A DNA stretch of 64,000 bases from an uncultured Gemmatimonadales bacterium (GTDB lineage Bacteria > Gemmatimonadota > Gemmatimonadetes > Gemmatimonadales > GWC2-71-9), in the NCBI GenBank assembly GCA_963739455.1, contig CAVUAK010000001.1, positions 384,001-448,000 of the forward strand. The letters run 5' to 3'. Numbering within the stretch: position 1 is the first letter of the stretch; each line of letters starts with the position of its first letter. The notes beneath the pieces are model-generated. The model was not told the origin of the DNA and did not search any database. It saw only the letters and a list, made by a program, of their open reading frames with translations. The translations under genes and the position numbers were made by a program. Positions 1-10,517 of the stretch are shown piece after piece.

Positions 1-638
1 GGTCGCCCGATGGACGAAGCATCGCGTTCGTCTCCACCCGGGACGGTAATCCCGAGATCTACCGGATGAATGCCGATGGGTCTGGAGCGGTGCGCCTGAC
101 GGACGACCCCGGGATCGACATTCATCCGATGTGGGCGCCCGATGGCCAGTCGATCATCTGGAACTCTTCGCGCCACGCCCACAATGCGTCGGAGCCCGAC
201 GTGTTCGAGATCCTGGCGATGGCGCCCGATGGAACGCCGATCGGGCAACTCACCGAGGGCGGTGTGGCCACCTATGCGTCGTGGTCACCCGATGGCGCGC
301 TGCTCCTCTACCGGCGCCAGGTGACAGACAGCAACTCGGAGGTTGTGGTCAAGCACCCCGGCGGCGCCGAGATGAACCTCACGCGCAACGCCGCCTTCGA
401 CGGCTGGCCGTCGTGGTCCGCGGATCGCGGGCAGGTGGTGTTCGCACGCGAACACGGTGACGAGGCAACGATCATGGTGATGGACACCGACGGAGCCGCG
501 GCGGCTCCCCTCTCGACACTGCCCGGTCGGTGGACCAACCCCCGCTGGTCACCGGACGGAAGCCAGATCGTGGCTTCGAGACGCGATGGGTCCGGCGTCC
601 ATCTCTACCTCATTCGGCCGCCCTCGCGCGCACGCTGA
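1..638 (+). CDS. TolB-like / PD40 repeat beta-propeller protein (5' partial)
   Basis: Repeated WxPDG motifs (WAPDG, WSPDG, WSADR). The frame is open from base 3 (SPDGRSIAFVSTRDGNPEIY), so the start lies upstream of the window. Confidence 0.85.
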   Translation, partial: SPDGRSIAFVSTRDGNPEIYRMNADGSGAVRLTDDPGIDIHPMWAPDGQSIIWNSSRHAHNASEPDVFEILAMAPDGTPIGQLTEGGVATYASWSPDGALLLYRRQVTDSNSEVVVKHPGGAEMNLTRNAAFDGWPSWSADRGQVVFAREHGDEATIMVMDTDGAAAAPLSTLPGRWTNPRWSPDGSQIVASRRDGSGVHLYLIRPPSRAR

Positions 639-695
639 CACAAGAAGCCATTCGTGTACGTCCGATGTCAGACCCATTCCGGAGATCCTGCACGC

Positions 696-1696
696 ATGCG
701 CCCTGATTTTCGACTCCTGGCAGTGTCCTGCGCGGTCCTCGTCGGCACATCAGCCCAGCGTCGCCGCGCACAGGGCCTCAAGAGCGGCAACCTGCTCGTC
801 GCCAACCAGGAGGCGGCCAGCGCCTCGCTTGATCGACCTTCGCACCGACAGCATGCGACTCATCCCGGTCGGCATCGGCCCGCACGAGGCCGCGATCTCG
901 CCCAGCGGGCGCACCGGGGTGGTGACGATCTATGGCCAGCGACCGGCCGGCAACGAGCTCGCCGATCATCGATATCGCGTCGGGCACCGTCACGCGAACC
1001 ATCTTCGCTCGGCCAGTACACCCGCCCGCATGGGGTGGTCTTCATGCCGGGCAATGAGAGCCAGGTGGTGGTCACCTCCGAGTCCACCGGCAACGTCGTC
1101 ATCGTGGACCTCGAGCCAGCGGCACGGTCGAGGCGGCGATCCCGACCGAGGCGAAGGGCTCGCACATGGCAGCCATCACCGCCGACGGGAAGCGCGTGTT
1201 CACCTCGAACGTCGGGTCCGGGAGCGTATCCGAGATCGACCTCGTCGATCGCAAGTTCGTGCGCGCAATTCCCGTGGCGCCGCAGGTCGAGGGCATCGCC
1301 GTGACACCCGACGGCAAGCTCGTGTTCGCCGGGAGCAACACCGACGGCACGGTCAGCATCATCGATACCGGTACCGGCACCATCGTCACCACGCTGCGCG
1401 GCTTCAAGCTGCCGTATCGCCTCGCCGTCTCCGCCGATGGGCGCACGGCCATCGCATGTGATCCCGACGGTGGGGCCATTCATGTCATCGATGTCGCTAT
1501 GCGCGCCGTGGCGTGGAAGCTCGATGGACTCGCCTCTCCACGGGGCGTCAGCATCGCGCCCGACGGCCGTACGGCGTTCGTCACCCTCGCCGACGATCCT
1601 TCGGTGGGCCTGGTGGACATGACCACGCACAAGCTGGTGCGGACGATCACCGTGGGGGCATCGCCCGACGGCGTGGGGTACGGTCCCACGCCGTAA
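696..1696 (+). CDS. Secreted YVTN/YncE-family beta-propeller protein, split by about 4 frameshifts
   Basis: Signal peptide MRPDFRLLAVSCAVL and repeats IPVGIGPHEAAISPSG, RPHGVVF, IPVAPQVEGIAVTPDG, ITVGASPDGV spread over three frames (shifts near 830, 965, 1005, 1120). Confidence 0.75.
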
Positions 1697-1740
1697 GTCC
1701 GTTGGCGGTGGGCGGCCCGATGCGATAGACTCTTGGCAGC

Positions 1741-2362
1741 ATGGATACCCTTCAGCTCCTGGGACTGGCACTCGGCACGGCCTTCGCGGCCGGGCTCAAT
1801 GTCTATGCGACGGTCGCCATACTCGGCGCGTCGCAGTACTTCCATCTTTTCGCACTGCCTGCCGGTCTCGGGCGTCCTGGGGCACCCCGTGGTGATCTTC
1901 GGGGCCGCCGTCCTCTTCTTCATCGAGTTCTTTGCCGACAAGGTCCCCTATGTCGATACCGTCTGGGACTCGATCCACACCCTGATCCGGCCCGCCGTCG
2001 CGGCGGGCCTCAGCTTTGGCATCTTCTCCGACATGCCGGAGGCATGGAAGGTGGTGGCGGCGCTCGTGGGTGGATCGGTGGCGCTCACATCACATGGTGC
2101 GAAGGCGGTCACCCGCACGGCAGCGAACGCGAGCCCCGAGCCGTTCAGCAACTGGATTCTCAGCGTGTTCGAGGATGCAGTGGCAGTCGGTCTCACCACG
2201 CTGGCGATGTCGCACCCGATCGTGGCTGGAGTCGTCGCGGTGGTGTTCGTGGTCATTGCCGTGCTGGTGATCCGGCGAGTGGTGCGGTTCTTCAAGCGCG
2301 CCTTCGCAAACGTGGGCGCCGACGTGCCGTTGGCCGAGTTGCCGCCTCCTCCCGTCCCCTGA
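1741..2362 (+). CDS. DUF4126-family membrane protein (frameshift near 1870)
   Basis: N-terminus LALGTAFAAGLNVYATV joins EFFADKVPYVDTVWDSIHTLIRP and SPEPFSNWILSVFED in another frame. Confidence 0.85.
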
Positions 2363-2375
2363 AGGTCCCCGGTCC

Positions 2376-3500
2376 ATGAAGGTTGTAATAGTTGGCGCGG
2401 GCTTCGGCGGGCTCGAGACAGCCGCCTGTCTCTCCGAGGCGCTTGGCGACAAGATCGACGTGACTCTGATCGACAAGAGCGACAGCTTTGTCTTCGGCTT
2501 TTCCAAGCTCGATGTGATGTTCGGCCGGGCCGCGCCGGCGGCGGTTCAAGTTCCCTACCGTGCGATCAGCAAGACAGGCGTCACGTTCAGGCAGGAAGAG
2601 GTCACGGCAATCGACCCGGTGGCCCGCCGTGTCGTGACGAACCGCGCCACCTACGATGCCGACATCCTGGTCGTTGCCCTGGGCGCGGACTACAACGTGG
2701 CCGCGACGCCGGGCCTCGCCGAGGCCGGGCACGAGTTCTACTCGGTGGCGGGGGCGACAAGGCTTCGCGACATCCTGCCGGAATTCGAGGGAGGCACGGT
2801 GGTGGTCGGCGTCATGACACCGCACTACAAGTGTCCGCCCGCGCCGAGTGAGACGGCGATGCTGATGCACGACTACCTGACGGCGCGCGGCCTCCGCGAT
2901 CGTTCCCGCATCATCCTCGTCACCCCGTTTCCGTCACCGCTCCCGGTGTCGAAGGCCGCAGGCGACGGCGTCCTGGCGCGCTTCGCTGAGCTGGGGATCG
3001 AGTGTGTGTCCGGCGCCATCGTCACGCGAGTCGATGCCGCGACGCGTACACTCCGGCTCGCGGCAGGCGACCCGATTCCCTTTGACCTGTTGCTCGCGGT
3101 GCCCGTCCACGTCGCGCCAGGGGTGGTGCTGGAATCCGGGCTGGCCGAGGGCGGCTGGATCCCCGTCAACCGGGCTACCCTGGAGACTCGCTTCCCCGGT
3201 GTGTACGCAATCGGTGACGTGACCAGCGTGGGCACGCCGCGCGCAGGGATCTTCGCCGAGGGCGCCGGGAAGGTGGTCGCGGCCGGGATCATTGCCCGTG
3301 CGCAAGGCGGCGACACGTCCGCCTACAAGGGCGACGGTCACTGCTACATCGAGTTTGGCGGAAACCAGATCGCGGAGGTGTACGTCAACTTTCTCGGTGG
3401 GCCCAAGCCGACGAGTGACTTCAAGGGTGCCACCCCGCAGGGTGTTGCCGACAAGCGGCTCTTCGGCTCGACCCGCAAGGCCCGCTGGTTTGGCTTGTAA
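2376..3500 (+). CDS. Sulfide:quinone oxidoreductase-like FAD-dependent oxidoreductase
   Basis: GAGFGG FAD motif, YKCPPAP, VYAIGD and C-terminal GHCYIEFG, giving the two-Cys pattern of the SQR/FCSD family. Confidence 0.8.
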   Translation: MKVVIVGAGFGGLETAACLSEALGDKIDVTLIDKSDSFVFGFSKLDVMFGRAAPAAVQVPYRAISKTGVTFRQEEVTAIDPVARRVVTNRATYDADILVVALGADYNVAATPGLAEAGHEFYSVAGATRLRDILPEFEGGTVVVGVMTPHYKCPPAPSETAMLMHDYLTARGLRDRSRIILVTPFPSPLPVSKAAGDGVLARFAELGIECVSGAIVTRVDAATRTLRLAAGDPIPFDLLLAVPVHVAPGVVLESGLAEGGWIPVNRATLETRFPGVYAIGDVTSVGTPRAGIFAEGAGKVVAAGIIARAQGGDTSAYKGDGHCYIEFGGNQIAEVYVNFLGGPKPTSDFKGATPQGVADKRLFGSTRKARWFGL

Positions 3501-3539
3501 CCAGCCCGTACGAAATTCCAACCGGAGTAGGTGTCACCC

Positions 3540-3818
3540 ATGGCAAGATTTCTCATCGAAGTGCCCCACGAAGACTCGATCGACGTCTGTCTGCGGACCG
3601 TGGACGTCTTTCTCCGGTCCGGATCCCATTTCCTGAGCCATGCGGACTGGGGATGCAGGGACGGCGACCACAAGGCGTGGCTCGTCGTGGACGTCGAGAA
3701 TCGTGATGAGGCCTCCAACATCATTCCGCCGATGTTCCGCGCACAGGCGCGGATCGTCCAGCTCAATTCGTTTACGATGGCGGAGATCGAGCACATGATG
3801 AGAGCCCGCGAGGGGTAG
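3540..3818 (+). CDS. Small hypothetical protein with DWGCxDGDH motif
   Basis: GGAG RBS upstream, 92 aa, directly after the SQR-like gene. Confidence 0.7.
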   Translation: MARFLIEVPHEDSIDVCLRTVDVFLRSGSHFLSHADWGCRDGDHKAWLVVDVENRDEASNIIPPMFRAQARIVQLNSFTMAEIEHMMRAREG

Positions 3819-3821
3819 GGT

Positions 3822-4709
3822 GTGATCCCTCGCACGACCCTGTTCCGCAAGCTTCACGAGGCCGGGTGCTTCGTGATCCCGAACCCATGGGACCTTGGAA
3901 GCGCGAAGCTTCTCGTACAGCTCGGCTTCCCTGCCCTCGCCACCACCAGTTCCGGGTTCGCATGGTCCCTTGGACGTCCCGACAACCACGTATCGCTGGA
4001 TGAGTGCCTGGCCCACCTGCGCTTGATCGCGCAGGGCGTTGCTGTTCCGGTGAATGCAGATTTCGAGGGCGGCTTCGCCGTGGAACCGGAACAGGTGGCT
4101 GCGAACGTGGCGGCCGCGACGGCCACTGGTATCGCAGGATTGTCGATCGAGGACTCGACCGGCAGTGCAGCAAGGCCACTGTTCGATTTTCCGCTTGCGC
4201 TCGAGCGCGTACAGGCGGCGCGACGCGCGATCGATGCGAGTGGAACGGGAATCCTGCTCACCGCCCGATCGGAAGGCTTCGTCGTCGGCCGCCCTGATCT
4301 TGCTGAGACGATACGTCGCCTCACGGCCTATGCTGAGGCGGGCGCCGATTGCCTCTTCGCACCCGGCATCCGCAGTCCGTCCGACATCGCGGCCGTCGTC
4401 AAGGCCGTGGCGCCCAAGCCGGTCAATGTGCTGGTCGGCGGTGACTTCACTACCGTGCAGCAGCTCGCCGATGCAGGAGTGCGACGCATCAGCGTTGGCG
4501 GCGCGCTGGCGCGCGCCGCCTGGACAGGCTTCCTCCACGCCGCCCGGGAGATCGTCGAACACGGGACCTTCGCTGGCCTCGCACGTGCAACGCCATCGGC
4601 CGAGATCAACGGGGCATTCGAGATGATCCGGCCTCCAGCCGACCTGCCGCCCGGCGTGGACGCCATCACTCGGTCCCTCGGGCCCGCGTGTGAGCAGTAC
4701 GCCGGTTGA
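3822..4709 (+). CDS. Isocitrate lyase/PEP mutase family protein
   Basis: PNPWDLGSA, ATTSSG, VNADFEGG, GLSIED, AGADCLFAPG and RRISVG motifs. Confidence 0.9.
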   Translation: MIPRTTLFRKLHEAGCFVIPNPWDLGSAKLLVQLGFPALATTSSGFAWSLGRPDNHVSLDECLAHLRLIAQGVAVPVNADFEGGFAVEPEQVAANVAAATATGIAGLSIEDSTGSAARPLFDFPLALERVQAARRAIDASGTGILLTARSEGFVVGRPDLAETIRRLTAYAEAGADCLFAPGIRSPSDIAAVVKAVAPKPVNVLVGGDFTTVQQLADAGVRRISVGGALARAAWTGFLHAAREIVEHGTFAGLARATPSAEINGAFEMIRPPADLPPGVDAITRSLGPACEQYAG

Positions 4710-4772
4710 AACGTCCTCAGTAGCGGGTAGGTTTCGGGTGTCCCCTATCCGTCACCGTCATGTCCCCGGTGC

Positions 4773-6770
4773 ATGTCCATGATCGACCTGCACGTCCTTG
4801 GCGCCCTGGTCGTCCGCGCGGAACACGGCGACACGCCCGCGGGCGGCCTTACCCAGCCCAAGCGGCTGGCGCTCCTCCTCTACCTGGCGCTGTCCCAGCC
4901 GTACGGGCTCCATGCGCGCGACCAGCTGCTGGCCCTGCTGTGGCCGGACGCTGATGACGCCTCATCCCGTCATTCACTGAGGAATGCGCTCCATGCGCTC
5001 CGGCAGGCCCTCGGCGACGAGGCCGTCGTCGCGCGTGGCGACTTGTATGTCGGCCTCGATCTCGATGCATTCCGCTGTGACGCGCACGCCCTGCGCGCGC
5101 ACATCGGGGCGGGGCGGCTGGATGAGGCGGTCGCCCTGTGGAAGGGTGACCTGGCCCCAGGGTTCCACGTCTCGGGAGCCCCGGAGTTCGAGCGCTGGCT
5201 GGATGACCAGCGGTCGGAGTTGCGGCGCGCGGTGCGCGCGGCGGCCTGGCAACGCAGCCAGCAGCTGGCGGGCACCGGGCAAGCCGAGAGCGACGCGGTC
5301 CGGAGGGCACTTCAGCTCGACCCCGGGAACGAGCCTGGCGCGCGAAGGCTCATGCGCATGCTGGACGCAGCCGGGGACCGCGGTGGCGCGCTGCGGGTCT
5401 ACCGTGAGCTGTGCGACTACCTCGCCCGGGAGCTGGAGACGCAGCCGTCAGCTGAGACGAGTGCCCTGGCCGGTACGCTTCGCGCCGCACCGGTCGCTTC
5501 GCGCCCGACGCCGGCGCCGCCCGCCTGGCAACCGACCGTCGCAATGTCACCGGTCGCCGGCGGCACGCCCCCGGTTCCGGTCCGGCGACCACTCGCCGGT
5601 GTGGCCGTGGCCGTCGGTGCCCTTGCTGTGCTCGCGCTGGGAGCGAGGGCGCGGTCGCCACATCGCACCGAGCTCGTGGTGCCCCGCGCTGGCACCGAGT
5701 CGGTGGCATCAGGCGAGGCCGGGCGCGCCATCCTGCTGCTGCCGGCGCGATATCGCGAGGACACCTCGGCGTACACGTCATACCTTCGCGGCCTCACGCT
5801 TCGGTTCCAGTTCCGCTTCCCCGAGTCGCGCGATACCTTCGCCGCGCTCGTGGCTCGCGAGCCGCTCTACGTGCCCGGGCTGTACGGCCTGGCCCACGCG
5901 TACATCTTCACGACCCTCAACGACCTCACGAGCGCCGAGGAAAGCTGGCCGAAGATCGACGCACTCGCGCGCCGTGCGCTCGCGCTCGACAGCACCGCGG
6001 CCAGCGCGTGGCTCGCACTCGCCGCAGCCGACATGTTCTATCGACCGAACCTGCCACGCGCCGCCGAACGAATCGCGCGAGCGCGACTGCTCGATTCGCT
6101 CGAGCCCGACGCGGCGAGCATGCAATCAGTCTGGTTCAGGTTCCACGGAGAAATGGACAGCGCAGTCGCCGCGGCGCAGCGCGCGCACCGGCTTGATCCC
6201 CTGAGCGCCTTCTTCGCCCGCCTGGTCGGCAAGCAGCTCTACTTCGCGCGGCGGTATGAGGAGTCGCGGGTCGTGTATGAGGGAATGTTGCGGGATGATC
6301 CAGGATGGAAGCGCGGCTACGTGGACATTTCGCAGCTCTATCGTGCGATGGGAAGGCCACGCGATGCGGTGGAGTGGTTGCGTCGCGCCGCCGCCGCGAC
6401 AGGAGACTCGGCGAGGGCCGCGGCGCTGACGACCCCGTCCACCGATGCCGAGGCGCGCCGAATGCTCGCCGCCGACTCACGCCGCGTCATTGCCCGGCTC
6501 AACCGCGCCACCCAGGCCGGTGCTCCCGTGCCGCCCTCTCACTACGCCGAGGCCTTCGCCGGGCTGGGTGACACCGAGGCAACCCTGAAGTGGCTCGACG
6601 CGATGATTGCATACCATGACACATACCTGGCCCAGATCCGCGTCGATCCGCTGTTTGACTTCGTGAGGAACGATCCGCGATACCAGGCATGGGAAGCGCG
6701 ATCCGGCCTCCCGCCTCTCGCGCCATCGGCGATCGCGCAGCAAACGCCGGTCGCACACACACCTTCATAG
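4773..6770 (+). CDS. SARP/BTAD-domain transcriptional regulator with TM segment and TPR-like C-terminus
   Basis: QPKRLALLLYLA, RDQLLALLWPD, SLRNALHALR, PEFERWLD, ELETQPS; hydrophobic span VAVAVGALAVLALG; C-terminal DPLFDFVRNDPRY. Confidence 0.85.
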   Translation: MSMIDLHVLGALVVRAEHGDTPAGGLTQPKRLALLLYLALSQPYGLHARDQLLALLWPDADDASSRHSLRNALHALRQALGDEAVVARGDLYVGLDLDAFRCDAHALRAHIGAGRLDEAVALWKGDLAPGFHVSGAPEFERWLDDQRSELRRAVRAAAWQRSQQLAGTGQAESDAVRRALQLDPGNEPGARRLMRMLDAAGDRGGALRVYRELCDYLARELETQPSAETSALAGTLRAAPVASRPTPAPPAWQPTVAMSPVAGGTPPVPVRRPLAGVAVAVGALAVLALGARARSPHRTELVVPRAGTESVASGEAGRAILLLPARYREDTSAYTSYLRGLTLRFQFRFPESRDTFAALVAREPLYVPGLYGLAHAYIFTTLNDLTSAEESWPKIDALARRALALDSTAASAWLALAAADMFYRPNLPRAAERIARARLLDSLEPDAASMQSVWFRFHGEMDSAVAAAQRAHRLDPLSAFFARLVGKQLYFARRYEESRVVYEGMLRDDPGWKRGYVDISQLYRAMGRPRDAVEWLRRAAAATGDSARAAALTTPSTDAEARRMLAADSRRVIARLNRATQAGAPVPPSHYAEAFAGLGDTEATLKWLDAMIAYHDTYLAQIRVDPLFDFVRNDPRYQAWEARSGLPPLAPSAIAQQTPVAHTPS

Positions 6771-6787
6771 CACACCTCGGCCGGCGA

Positions 6788-6817
6788 CGACCCCATGCCA
6801 CCTGTGGCATGGGGTCG
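6788..6817. terminator. Perfect hairpin between convergent genes, probable bidirectional terminator
   Basis: CGACCCCATGCCA-cctg-TGGCATGGGGTCG, a 13 bp stem. Confidence 0.7.
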
Positions 6818-6829
6818 CCCGGTCGCTCG

Positions 6830-8242
6830 TCAATGGCCGAAGTGCCCGTGCGCCCGCTGCAGCGAATGATCCGCAACGTATCGCCCGACCTTCCGGCCCT
6901 GCTCGATCCCGACCACGGTAGCCTGACGGAAGAAGGCGCCGCCATAGACCTGCCCATCCGCTTCCTCCCGCACCGCTTGATCCACTGACCGGAAACTCCT
7001 GGGCTGGCCGGGCAAGGTCACCGATTCGAGCGTGAATCCGGTCGGACCGTCCAGATCGGCAAGGATCGCCTGCGCAGCCGCCTGGGCCGCAGCGACCGGC
7101 GCCGCGCTATGCGCCGGAAACGGTGGCGTGGGACCATTGGCTGCGATGGAGAAGGTCGAGACCTGCCAGGTGGGATCGCCCGGAGTCGCCGCGTCGAGGT
7201 TTCCGAGCCGGATCGCGGTGATCGGCCGCCAGAGATTGTAGTAGTACGCCGTCTCGAAGGCGGAAATGAGCGCGTCAGCGCGAGCGAGGGCGACGTGCGA
7301 AAGCAGGCGTGCCAGCCTCCATGCATTGAGCTGCCGCTTGGCGGCAAGCTGGCGGGCAATGGTGTTCCAGCTCTGCGGATGACCGCCGAGCCAGAAGTAT
7401 CCGATGTCGGTCTGCTCCTGCGTACGCTCCGATACCTGCCCACCCAGACGCTTGACCTCGGCATAGTCGGCGAGATAGCCCGGGGTCTGCACTGCGGCCG
7501 TCACGGTGGACGATCCGTACATCGGCGACGCCCGGAACTGCGAGCCCGTGGCCATGACGAAGGGACGCACGTTCCCCCAGTAAGGAATGGACTGGGGACC
7601 GGTCAGCGCCGTGGCGGTCGCGACGGTCGAGCGGAATTTTCCGGCTTCACCCGTGGAGGTGAACACCACCGCCGGCGGCCCCGAGGAGCCGTCGCCGGCG
7701 CGCAGCGCCAGCATGGCGGTCGCGGCATCGTGCCCGAGTGCCTTGCCGCGAGTCACTTCATCGCACTGGTCGAGCGCGGCCATGTAGTCGTTGTAGGCCT
7801 GGGTTATGAAGTTCAGCGCGTCCGGGGTCGGGAGACCCTGCCCGATCGACGCCAGCACTTCGTAGGTGCCGGTGGCGATCGCCGCCTCGACCGAGAGTGG
7901 GCGGGTCACGCGCCCATCGTACGCATACGGATCGAACCGGCGATCCACCGCGTTCAGCACATCGTGCATGGTGGTGTTGCCCATGGCCTGGATACGGCTC
8001 TCGGCTGGCGGGTTGGTGGCCGCCAGGGTGCTGAATTGGGCGATGTTGTCGTTCCACGTCTCCACTGCCTCGATGAGGTCGGCTCGGCGATGCCCGCCAC
8101 GCCATGCCATGGGGGCGATGTCGAGTTCCATCGACTGGGCTTCGTCACTCCCGGGTGGCTGCGCGCTCGGCTCGATGGGAGGCTGGTCATTGCATGCAGC
8201 CAGCCCCAGCAGAAGGGCCAATCCAGCCAGTTGGTTTCTCAT
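6830..8242 (-). CDS. Vanadium haloperoxidase/PAP2-fold lipoprotein with degenerate active site
   Basis: Lipobox LAAC after a GGAGG RBS. Family motifs HDVLNA, WGNVRPF, YAEVKRLG, RTQEQTDIGYFW, WRPITAIR and TPPFP are present, but the catalytic motifs are substituted. Confidence 0.8.
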   Translation of the reverse strand: MRNQLAGLALLLGLAACNDQPPIEPSAQPPGSDEAQSMELDIAPMAWRGGHRRADLIEAVETWNDNIAQFSTLAATNPPAESRIQAMGNTTMHDVLNAVDRRFDPYAYDGRVTRPLSVEAAIATGTYEVLASIGQGLPTPDALNFITQAYNDYMAALDQCDEVTRGKALGHDAATAMLALRAGDGSSGPPAVVFTSTGEAGKFRSTVATATALTGPQSIPYWGNVRPFVMATGSQFRASPMYGSSTVTAAVQTPGYLADYAEVKRLGGQVSERTQEQTDIGYFWLGGHPQSWNTIARQLAAKRQLNAWRLARLLSHVALARADALISAFETAYYYNLWRPITAIRLGNLDAATPGDPTWQVSTFSIAANGPTPPFPAHSAAPVAAAQAAAQAILADLDGPTGFTLESVTLPGQPRSFRSVDQAVREEADGQVYGGAFFRQATVVGIEQGRKVGRYVADHSLQRAHGHFGH

Positions 8243-8397
8243 GTGCTGTTCCCTCCAGGATATCGGACCCGGATCTGGGCCCCGTGAGCCATGCATTCCC
8301 CTACACTTCCGGAACGCGTGACTCGACGCAGAATTGGGCCATCTGGGACTGGAGGGACTCGGGACTTCGGGCGAGATACCTGCTCGTGCTGCGGTGA

Positions 8398-8652
8398 CTA
8401 CTCCCTCGGTTGGTTCAGCCGTGCTGCATCGCGCTGCTGCGCAAGCATCCGCTCGGCGAAGTCCAACCGCTCAGCGAGTTCACCCACCTGCTGGTGCAGT
8501 GCCTCGAAATCCTCCCGGCTCGGTCCGTCGCCGCCCCCATGCCTCGCCGTCTCCGCCCGCTCCTTCGACCGCTGGCTCAAGTAGGCAAAAAACATGGCCA
8601 GCGCGACCGTGCCGCCGATGATCAGGACCTTCAGGACACCTTCCATCTGCAT
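8398..8652 (-). CDS. Small membrane-anchored coiled-coil protein
   Basis: GGAGG RBS, N-terminal TM helix, ELAERLDFAERML coiled-coil. Confidence 0.75.
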   Translation of the reverse strand: MQMEGVLKVLIIGGTVALAMFFAYLSQRSKERAETARHGGGDGPSREDFEALHQQVGELAERLDFAERMLAQQRDAARLNQPRE

Positions 8653-8668
8653 CCTCCGATGACGCAGG

Positions 8669-10460
8669 TTACCAGCTGCCGCGTACTCTCCGCTCGAGTT
8701 TCCCGCCGAAGTACTCGCCCCACCGTCGCTCCACCAGTCTTACCACCTCATCAGGCATCGTCACCGGCGGCGGATAGCCCGGCTTCCACGTCGCGTCAAT
8801 GCCGATCCGCCCGCCGTACACCGGCTTGGCCCCAATGAACGACTGGCGCTCGAAGATCATGTCACGCGCCGGGTCGAAGCGGGTGAAGATGCCCCACACC
8901 GTGCTGCTCTCGTCGTCGAGGTCCACATCATCGCTCACGGCGGCGATGAAGCGAACCGGCCCGAGCCCATCCCACTTCACCAGCCCCGCGAGTACGTCGC
9001 GCGGCTCGGACTTCACTGTGACCACCACGAACCCGCCGTCGAGCACCTTGTGCTTCGTGATCCGCCGGTCGAACGCCGAGGGATCGCTGACCGCCGTGGG
9101 CGGCGCTTCGTTAGTTCGCGCTGGACCGGTGGCATCGAGCACCAGCTTGCTCCCCACGTGCAGTTCATACGATGTGTAGTCCAGCGTGTCGAGCGGTGCG
9201 ATCGGCAGCAGGAGCATCCTGTCCGCCGGGTCGAACCGGTACCAGAGCTCGCGCAGCATCGCCGGGAAGCTCCGCACCGGTACGTCCTCGCGCACCAGCA
9301 CCGTCACCTTGGTCAGCGACAGCTGCCCCGTGCCCAGGAGGTTGAGCGCCACCTTCAGCGCCTCCTTCGGGATGCCGCTCTACCATCGCCACCACCAGCA
9401 GGTTGTGAAAGACCGCATCGGCGGACGCGCTCAGGTCGCGAATCGACGGGTTGATGACGCGGATGAGCGGTCCCACGATCTCCCCCGCGGCGATCCCGAT
9501 CCACTTGTCCTCCTGCGGCGGCTTTCCTACGACGGCGCCGGGGTACACCGGGTTTCGCCGCCGGGTCACCGTCCGCACGTTGAAGACGGGAAACATCTCC
9601 GCCTCGGAGTAGTGCCCATAGTGATCGCCGAAGGGTCCCTCGAGCCGGCGCACATCGGGCGGCACCGTGCCCTCGAGGATGAATTCCGCATTGGCGGGAA
9701 CGTCGAGGGAGATCGTCCTGCCCTTCACGAAGCGCGTTGGCGCGCCGCGCACGTATCCGGCGCACGACAGCTCGTCCATGTCCTCTGGCAGCGGCAGGAT
9801 CGCTGCGAGCATGGTGACGGGGTCGCCACCGAGCACCACCGCGGCCTCGAGCTCCTTGTGCTCCCGCTCCGCCTCGAAGTGATGCCCCCGCCCGCCCTTC
9901 ATGCTCTGCCAGTGCATGCCCGTCGTCGTCGCGTCGTACACCTGCAACCGGTACAGGCCGAAGTTCCGCGCGTTAGTGCGGGGATTCTGCGTCAGCGTAG
10001 GACCGAACGTGATGAATGGGCCGCCGTCGCGCGGCCAGCTCCACAGGTTGGGCAGCCGGTCGAGTCGCGGCGCCTCAACGACCTCCTGCACCGGCGCACT
10101 CGACACGTGCGCCGGCCGCATGAAACGCGCGCGCGCCAGTCGCCCGCGCATCGCCCAGATTTTCGAGAGTGTGGGGGGATTGAGCTGCTGCACCAGGTCG
10201 ATCAGCTCCCGGCCGATCTCCTCCGGGTGACGGCCCAGGGCGATCTCGATGCGTCGCGTCGAGCCGAAGAGGTTCATCACCAGCGGAAAGTCGGCGCCCT
10301 TCACCCGCTCGAACAGCAGCGCCGGACCATCCTGGCGAATGACCCGCTGCACCAGCTCCGCCACTTCATACTGGGGATCGACCTCGACGGCGACACGGAC
10401 CAGCTCGCCTTGCCGCTCGAGTTCCGCGATGAACGACTGCAAGTCGCTGAAGGCCAACAC
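8669..10460 (-). CDS. UbiD-family decarboxylase (menaquinone MqnL-like), frameshift near 9370
   Basis: GPALLFERVKG, NLFGS, WPRDGGPFIT, NFGLYRLQ, EGPFGDHYGHY and GKPPQED, continuing in a second frame as GTGQLSLTK...GIDATWK. Confidence 0.85.
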
Positions 10461-10489
10461 GTGTCCTCGGTTATCTGTTTCCACCCACC

Positions 10490-10517
10490 CAACGCCCAAC
10501 GCCCAACGCCCAACGCC
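10490..10517. repeat. Tandem heptamer (CAACGCC)x4
   Basis: Read directly; immediately 3' of the DUF62 gene stop codon. Confidence 0.9.

Noticed and set aside
8243..8397. SARP-type GTG repeats upstream of the haloperoxidase-like gene
   Set aside because: I found no clean 11-bp-period repeat, only irregularly spaced AGTCCC units, so the shared promoter is claimed for two modules only.
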